Source: Pseudogymnoascus verrucosus (Eukaryota). From it: a DNA stretch of 64,000 nt. The stretch lies in NCBI GenBank assembly GCA_001662655.1, contig KV460267.1; one strand, 5' to 3'. Of this stretch, positions 56,739-64,000 are shown piece after piece; position 1 is the first letter of the stretch, and the number at the start of each line of letters is the position of its first letter. The position numbers were made by a program, and so were the translations under genes. The notes beneath the pieces were generated by a model. That model had not been told where the DNA came from and did not search any database. It worked only from the letters and a program-made list of their open reading frames with translations.

Positions 56739-59203
56739 TTATGGGCCTTGCATGTGAAGTCCAATCTGTAAGCCGTCCGAGTCATTATTGCTGAGCAAAT
56801 ATTGATCCAGAAAGACGCTGAAATCATCTGCTGAACCGCCTTGACTTAAGATATTACGTGGCATGTCAAAGAAGACGGAGTCATGACCCGCTGTTGGATG
56901 TGGGACCTGTAAAATATATTCGTCCGGGGATCCACAACCCGTGTAAGACACCGAGGGCACATGATTTGTTGGTAAAGATCTCGTGGCCGTATTTTCGCCT
57001 GTTGTCGGATCTTGGCTGTGGCCAATATGGTCCATATCGGGCAGATTTTCTACCACGCCGCCACGTAATTTTTTTGCAGTCGACGCATCTAAGTGTTGAA
57101 AAAAAAGTTCCAACACCAAATTGTTGACCTCCCAGTATTTTTGCATCTCCTTTAAGCCAAGTAAACAGATCTGAGCCCTATGCTCCGCTAGTTTCCGAGG
57201 GATCCCCCCTAATCGCTGAAGTTGGATGGTATGGATGCAAAGTGAAGAAAAGAGACTAGTAATTCTGTGACTATGATTAAACTCTGTGATTAGGTGGGTT
57301 GGAAGTAACGTACAAATGCATTTGACCGAATTGGATAAGATTTTGAGAAAGCATATCTTCAACGATTCTCGTCACCCTGCATGCCGCTTGAAGTGCCGGT
57401 CCGCTTTCAGACCTGTTGCGATTGGTTTGGGTCTGCGTATAATCATGGCGGTCAAGTAAAATATGAAGGTAGCTGTTTCCAGGTGAGTTGAAGGTCATAC
57501 GTGTAGCTTTCCTGTGACCTACTTGTACGCGAGGTGCAAAAGGTATGCCCAAATACTCTCACTGCCCCCCTCTGTTTCGCATGACCTCATGCTCTCTGGT
57601 AACATGGCCTTCCACTCTTCAAGTGAATGAATAAGCCCAAATCTTTCGTCGTCGTCAGGATGATGTCCATTAGGCCTAAATTGATTTGTTATGACTCTCC
57701 CAACTTGTAGAATAAGTTAGCAGTGCGAGATAAGCCTGGGCTTGAAGTACATACGCAGTTGGGCCAACCGAGCCATTTGGACAGCGTAGATTCCATGTGC
57801 TGACTTATGAGTTCCAATAAAGTCTGGAATAATGACATCGCTATCTTCTTCAAAATCTGCATAGCTGAGCATTTCGATGTCACAATCCTCATCTCGAATT
57901 CGACTTGGCAAACCTAGCGACGCCGAGGACTGACGATCTCGAACCTGGTAGGTTTAGTTGTGCAATCTTCTCTGGTGTGTGGATTAACAAACATATATTG
58001 ACCACCAGATCCGCTTCCTAAGTTTGGATTCTTTCACGTTCGTGGGAGATGAATGCTGTCTGGAAAGGGTGTCAACAATCGTGGCAATGAACGTCCATGT
58101 GAAGCTTACGATCTGTGAAATCCGCGAGCTTGGGCAAGACTGATGGCTGCTCCAAGCCAGTATCGAGTATTCTTTACATTGAGCGGCCCTGCCCTCCAAA
58201 AACTAATCAAGAACAATACTTGAAGAATAGTAACTTCGTTTGACTCCCAATCAGCATCGTAGAGAATTTTTGTTTGGTTATATAGCTGAGACTTTGCCTC
58301 TGGACGATCTTTGAATCCCATTCGGCGAACCGTGTCTTCGTCACAGTAACTTGCTCCAATGAACAGCATTGCTTTGAGCAAAAGGGGAGACATTTCACCC
58401 TTATTGTATCGATTTGCTATTTCGACACGATCGACAATCGGAAAGCAAGGATGAAACCATTGAAAATATGCTCGGAGGACAGCAACACAGTCTTGAGGGG
58501 ATGGAAGCGTGAAAGCACCTTCTTGAGCCAGGTAATGAGCTTTAGCTGAGCTAGTGGGGAGACTATGCTCTGCAAATAACTCTGATGCTCTAACGTTGAT
58601 AGCGTCTGAAATGGAATAACGAAGTCTTTTCTGGGTTTCAGCTGCAGTCTCGGAAGCACCAGGACTGATGACACAGGTTAGGAGATTCGACTCGCCAAAA
58701 AACAAGACTTGGTTGGTGGCTTGTGATGGAGGTGCGTCGCTGGCCGAAGGGATAGAAGATTGCTGACGAGCTTGCAAAGTTTCAGCTGGAATGGAGCTCT
58801 GGTCATCTGCAATGGAATTTGGTTGTTGGCTCTGAGTATGAGATCTTGGGGAAGGCGGCTCATCGGCGTTCATGTGATCTAGATCTATGGGACCCATATT
58901 CTCTAGGTCATTTTGTGGGTGCAGCGGTTTCCGTGTCCGATAACGCCTGTATCTAGTTTAGCTCGATGCGGCTTTTTGAAGAAAACGATTCGAATTGATT
59001 TTGGTATTGGGCCATGTTGACACCTACCTGCCTCGTCTTGATGGCACAACCTCACACAATGCGTGAGCTGCTGCACAATTATCACACGGGTGCATTTCCA
59101 AAACATTGCAACGAACTCTCCGCGCATTGCACTCCCTACATGCTTGCTTCGCTCGCGTGCGCTTGATTTCAGGCCGCGAATCACTGGGGGAAGGTGATGC
59201 CAT
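56739..59203 (-). CDS. Zn(II)2Cys6 transcription factor with fungal-specific TF domain
   Basis: Exon 1 RAKQACRECNARRVRCNVLEMHPCDNCAAAHALC; YFQWFHPCFPIVDR; WLGAAISLAQARGFHR; RKRIWWSIY|VRDR. Several introns. Confidence 0.92.
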
Positions 59204-59669
59204 CGCTGAAAGGTGAGCAAAGCCTCAGACAGATTGATAAACAGCCAATATATGATAGATCCTGTCGGCGGAGTATTATACGACTCTACCGTGAGCTAAT
59301 AGTACTCGAGTAGCGGATATTAAATTCGTCAAACTTTTGGAGCAGGAGGCCGAAAGAGGAGGAAGGCTGCATGCGATGCGGGGAAGTGCAACGGAAATAA
59401 AAGGTGGGGTTGGCTGATTGTGCTCATTACCGTGGCTTAGCCCCGAGCTTCTCCGCCTTCTCTTCCATGTGAGGAGGACAACATCAGGCACCACACACAG
59501 TCTTCACTAATCATGAGGAGAAAATATCAATTTATTTTGATATGGCTTTCTGTTTTAATATTTACTTCCTAACGTTCATATTTATGTATCAGGAATGCAC
59601 ATTGGCGAGGTCAACGCTAAGTGCTTCGCAATGTGGGTTCGAATACGCAACATCTAATACTTGCCCCTC

Positions 59670-61079
59670 TTACATGTCCATGCCCAGCTCCGCCAAAATC
59701 GTTTTGTTATGTTCGCCAACAGCAGGAACGGCATCCATTCGAGGTCCACTTGCGTCTTGAGACCCCGAAGCAGCAATTCCCGGCGGTACTAGAGCTGGCA
59801 CATAACCCGCAGGCGTTTTGACCTGTGTCCAGCGCCCTCGAGCACGAAGTTGCGGGTGGTTCCATACATCGTGCATGTCGTTGACCTTCGCATTTGCAAT
59901 TCCCGCAGTTTCCAATTGCTCTACCACTTGATTAGCGTTGGAGGTCGAAAATGCGTCGCATATGATTCTCTTAAGCTCATCACGGTTCTTCACCCGGAGA
60001 CTATTGCTTGAGAATCGTGAGTCCGTCGCAAGATTTGAGTCGCGCAGCACCTCCCGACAGAAAATTGCCCATTCTCTTTCATTCTGAATGCCAAGCATAA
60101 CTGTTTTTCCATCTCCACTGTTAAATGGTCCATAAGGATATATGGAAGCGTGTGCGGCGCCGGATGGAACGGGGCTAGGGGCATCGTTGTACGTATAGTA
60201 CATTGGGTAGCCCATCCACTCCACCATGCTTTCAAGCATGGAAATATCTATCTTGCACCCTTGGCCAGTCTTGCCTCGTTGTATGATAGCAGCCAGAATG
60301 TTGCTGTATGCGTACATTCCTGCCGCGATATCTGCGACAGAGTTACCTGCCTTTGCTGGTTCACCTTCTGTCCCCGTGACAGAAAGCATGCCTGCCTCGC
60401 TCTGGACAAGTAAGTCGTAAGCCTTTTTATCTTTGTATGGGCCTTCATTCCCATATCCTGATATGTCGCAAACAATCAGTGCAGGATTATGTTCCCTTAA
60501 CGTCTCATAGGAAAGGCCAAGTCGGGCGCTTGCACCAGGTGCCAGGTTCTGGACGAGGACATCTGCACGTCCGATGAGCTTCTTCAATACTTGAAGGTCT
60601 TGAGGATTTTTCAGATCAAGCGCCAAACTCTCTTTTGACCTATTCGTCCAGACGAAATGTGATGCTAAACCATTGACTCGTGTGTCGTAGTGACGTGCAA
60701 AGTCCCCTACTACTGGGCGCTCGACTTTAATGACACGAGCACCCAGGTCTGCGAGTTGTCGGGTACAGAAAGGGGCTGCAATTGCTTGTTCAATGCTAAC
60801 CACTGTGACTCCACTTAACGGACGAGATGAATCAGTAACAGTGTTCTCAGACTGGGTATGCGCCTTTCGGTTTAATCTTGTTGATGCTATATGCCGCCGT
60901 TGCTCGAAATTGCTGCATGAAATCTTTCTGGATTGTGATTTACGTCCAGAAACACGTACACATCCCGGAAGGGCCGTTGGAAGTCGATGAAGGGTTATTG
61001 GTGAACTGTTTCCGCAACAGGAGGGCCAACAGGCGGGCCGGCTAAGAGCAGACAACACTGTTTTGACTCTGGATTTCAT
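59670..61079 (-). CDS. Family III (CaiB/BaiF) CoA-transferase, candidate itaconate CoA-transferase (Ict)
   Basis: PLSGVTVVSIEQAIAAPFCTRQLADLGARVIKVERP..GDFAR.YD, NRSKESLALDLK, KAYDLLVQSEAG, VPAVGEHN. Long basic presequence; intronless. Confidence 0.92.
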   Translation of the reverse strand: MKSRVKTVLSALSRPACWPSCCGNSSPITLHRLPTALPGCVRVSGRKSQSRKISCSNFEQRRHIASTRLNRKAHTQSENTVTDSSRPLSGVTVVSIEQAIAAPFCTRQLADLGARVIKVERPVVGDFARHYDTRVNGLASHFVWTNRSKESLALDLKNPQDLQVLKKLIGRADVLVQNLAPGASARLGLSYETLREHNPALIVCDISGYGNEGPYKDKKAYDLLVQSEAGMLSVTGTEGEPAKAGNSVADIAAGMYAYSNILAAIIQRGKTGQGCKIDISMLESMVEWMGYPMYYTYNDAPSPVPSGAAHASIYPYGPFNSGDGKTVMLGIQNEREWAIFCREVLRDSNLATDSRFSSNSLRVKNRDELKRIICDAFSTSNANQVVEQLETAGIANAKVNDMHDVWNHPQLRARGRWTQVKTPAGYVPALVPPGIAASGSQDASGPRMDAVPAVGEHNKTILAELGMDM

Positions 61080-61322
61080 GGTCACCAAGTGGGCATTTGC
61101 GAATTGCCTTGTGGGAATCGTTTGGATACTTGATTTATACTCTGAACGAAGTCCGGTGATGGTGCGATTTATCAACTTACATTTGGATTCTGTGAAGGCT
61201 CTTTACTGTGGGTCTTCTTTTAGTACGCTGGTAGATAAATGCAATTGTATGAGGTTCGTGGCCATTGCAACCCCGCACGCATCAACGGAAAGCTTTCCCC
61301 ACAGTACAAACCACTTCAAGTA

Positions 61323-61335
61323 GCCGAAACTCGGC
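61323..61335. promoter_or_regulatory. Cluster motif, palindromic form GCCGA-AAC-TCGGC
   Basis: CCG-N5-CGG arrangement about 245 bp upstream of the CoA-transferase ATG. Confidence 0.5.
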
Positions 61336-61524
61336 AATTAAACCCTTTCAAATTCCTGCATAATCGGCTCCAAGAAACGAGCACTAGAGAATGTAACACT
61401 TCTAATGTGCAATTTAGTAGTGAGCAGCAAGTCACCAAGTCATAGAAAAACCCCCCCTGATTTGGCCCGCACATGAAGCGTATATTGTTACATTCATCTC
61501 AACTATTGCTGATCGCAAAACAAG

Positions 61525-62601
61525 TTACTCTGGTTGTTGATCTTTCCATTTGGCGAGGAGTTTCCCAGTATCGTAGCCGCATAATCCTGCTCTTGCTACA
61601 ATTGCCACACACTTCTTCACGACTGGGACGTCAATCATCTTCCCATCGAGGGTCCAAGCACCCCTTCCCACGCTCTCTGCTTTCTTATTTCCAACAACTA
61701 CTCTCACCGCCCACTCCAATTCCTTTAGATTTGGGCCATAGATCCTCTGAACTACTTCAACTTGTGAAGGATGGATACACTGTTTGCCATTGAATCCCAT
61801 AACCTTACCGCCACGTGACTCCTCCTCGAGTGAAAGTTTGGCGTCGTCTCCCTTATAAGCAGTACAAACAAGATCGATAGCAGAAGGTAGGTTGTATGCC
61901 CTGCTTGCAGTAACAATGGCAGATCGAGCATATAAGAATTCAGAGAGTGAAGGTGTACGGGTGATTGAAAGATCAGCCGCAAAATCCTCTGCGGCAAAGA
62001 TTAGGCCGTCAAGATATGGCGAGGCAGTGCAAATTTCCCGTAGCGACATTAACGCTTGCGCAGACTCAATTAACGCCAGTATTTTCACCGGCGGTCTGGA
62101 TCCAGCAGATGGCTGGCGGTCTTGATCAGGAAGTGTGTGGCGGATAACATCGGAAATGAAATGGAGATCAGCTGCTTGGTTGACCTTTGGCACGACGATC
62201 GTGTCGACGGAAGGTGCTTTAAGCTGAGTAGGTGTTAATGTCATTGATTAGAATTGAAGCCATTTCCCCATTGGTGATGCTTACCACTTCGGTCAGATCC
62301 TGCAATGCGTATCCGCTGTCAACGGCGTTGATACGGACTGCTTGTTCGCGTATGTTGTCCGCCTTCGGTTGCATAAGAAAATCCCTGACAGCAAATCGAG
62401 CTTCATGCTTCGAATGCGGTGCTACTGAATCTTCGAGATCATATGCAACCAAGTCTACGTTGAGTGAACGTGATTTGTTCAGCATCTTTTGGGAAGAACC
62501 CGGGACTGCATTCCTGGTCAACCTCTGGTCTATTATCTGCTCTGGAAACTTCGCATACCATAGAGCAATGCTCTTCTCAAGACGGAGGCTGCCGAGCTCA
62601 T
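61525..62601 (-). CDS. CitE/HpcH-family C-C lyase, candidate (S)-citramalyl-CoA lyase (Ccl)
   Basis: MSSAASVLRRALLY|VPGSS.KML.KS, YDLEDSV, AVRIN, ALIESA, LIFAAEDF, GFNGKQCIHPSQV, GAWTLDGKMIDVPV. Two introns. Confidence 0.92.
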
Positions 62602-62688
62602 TTTTCAGTATATCTTGGACAAGACCTCTCAAACGTTACGTCCATTATTTTTTATTTGAGTGCTACAGTACGACTGATGTTGTTGTCA

Positions 62689-62699
62689 GCCGAGTGTCG
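62689..62699. promoter_or_regulatory. Cluster motif GCCGA-GTG-TCG
   Basis: In the 351-bp divergent lyase/hydratase promoter. Confidence 0.45.
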
Positions 62700-62952
62700 T
62701 CTATTGATTTCGGCCCGTATCCATCAATTAGCCGACTTCGAACCTCCGGTTATCCGATAAGGCAACCCATGCTCTCGAAAGCACAATTTTACAGGTAGGA
62801 TAGATCCTGAGTGAAATAGGGCGGGCCTGCTAAATATTCTTGAAATTTGGTTTTCGTTACAGCATAGTATCATCTATATTACTAAAGTAAAGCTCTACGT
62901 CTGTCATTCATATCCATAGAGTTGAACACCAACCGTAAACCTACGTCTGAGA

Positions 62953-64000
62953 ATGGTCCGGATCTCTATGCGCCTATGCTCGAAGGCGGCTTCTTCATCT
63001 GCCGCTGCGGCAGCCGAATTCTTGCAGCGTACGTCCAAAGCTGTCTCTTTCGTACAGGAGCAGTTTCTTGATCCAAACCAGCTCCAGAAGCTGTCGCTCA
63101 CTCTGGGACGGCCGACACTCTACAAGTCCCTGAGAATTGACTCAAAACCTCCACCTCAAGGTACACCACTGCCTCCAGGATATCATCTAGCCTATTTCAC
63201 GCCCTCAGGATGTGAGCAAGAACTTGGTCTTGATGGTACCGATCGTACGGTAAATCCACCGCATCCTTTTACCAGAAGGATGTGGGCTGGGGGTTCACTG
63301 CACTGGGTTCGCGATAACTTGTTGAAAGTTGGCCAGACGGTAAGAGAGACGACGGAAGTTATGTCGGCAATACCAAAAACAACGAGGGAAGGAGAAGAAA
63401 TGATTGTGGTTGGGGTCAAGAAAACGTTTGAGAACGATGCGGGAATAGCACTCGTTGACACGAGGTAATTTTTACTCTCACATTGCGAAAAGATCTGATA
63501 CATTGCTCTAGAAATTGGCTTTTCCGAAAAGAGATTACAAATCCCCAGCCGCCCTCTGAAAAACAGAAAAGCATTCAATTGCCAAAAGGTAAAATATATA
63601 AAATTGATACCAAGGGAGACACTGTGCCATCAGCTGACTAAATTAACTTGCCAGGAACCATTACCCGCGACCACTGCCAATCACCAGTTTCGCTATTTCG
63701 ATTTTCAGCTCTCACTTTCAATGCGCATAAGATCCATTATTCACGAGAGTGGTGCCGTGATGTCGAGGGGCATCGAGATATAGTGGTCCATGGGCCGCTC
63801 AATCTTATCAACATGCTCGACCTTTGGCGGGACAATCAGGAAGCCGGCGACCATGTGATTCCCCAGAGCATTGATTATCGAGCAACTTCACCACTGTATG
63901 CTGGAGACCGTTACCGGGCTGTGATGGAGAAGGGGGAGAACGGCCACGCTGATAATCTGTCTATCTATACACCGTCAGGGGCAGTTGCCATGCGAGGCAA
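62953..64000 (+). CDS. Double-hotdog MaoC/HTD2-type hydratase, candidate itaconyl-CoA/mesaconyl-C4-CoA hydratase (Ich); runs past the window end
   Basis: LPPGYHLAYF, LGLDGTD, RRMWAGGSL, LFRFSALTFNAHKIHY...EGHRDIVVHGPL, YRATSPLYAG. Introns about 63465-63511 and 63589-63654. Confidence 0.9.

Noticed and set aside
53357..64000. Secondary-metabolite biosynthetic cluster
   Set aside because: No PKS, NRPS or terpene synthase in view and the enzyme set is catabolic; genes beyond 64 kb cannot be seen.

Overview
Gene-dense window from a filamentous ascomycete fungus, judged from short GT-AG introns with CTAAC/CTGAC branch points and RIP-like mutation; the species cannot be determined from sequence alone. 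It has four zones. (1) 0.7-37.5 kb: conserved genes (ArfGAP/UBA Gts1-like, glutamine synthetase, FHA protein, IFRD, Mim2, eIF2-beta, Aim24-like, Mediator Med1) interleaved with large low-complexity orphan ORFs. (2) About 37.9-46.7 kb: a decaying accessory block containing a 2550-bp hAT transposon (13-bp TIRs, 8-bp TSD, one premature stop), a PDR-type ABC transporter pseudogene, a 166-bp promoter duplication, an SDR, a SNF2 relic and three copies of an orphan coding segment. (3) 49.5-51.8 kb: an FLC/Pkd2-type TRP-like channel. (4) 53.4-64 kb, running off the right edge: a compact six-gene cluster of acyl-CoA dehydrogenase, mitochondrial dicarboxylate carrier, Zn2Cys6 transcription factor, family III CoA-transferase, CitE-like lyase and MaoC/HTD2-type hydratase. 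This cluster looks like a complete, self-regulated mitochondrial itaconate/methylsuccinate (C5-dicarboxylate) degradation pathway. All three promoter regions serving its enzyme and carrier genes share a GCCGA-N3-TCG motif. Family calls come from motif recognition, not database searches, and exon boundaries were read by eye.
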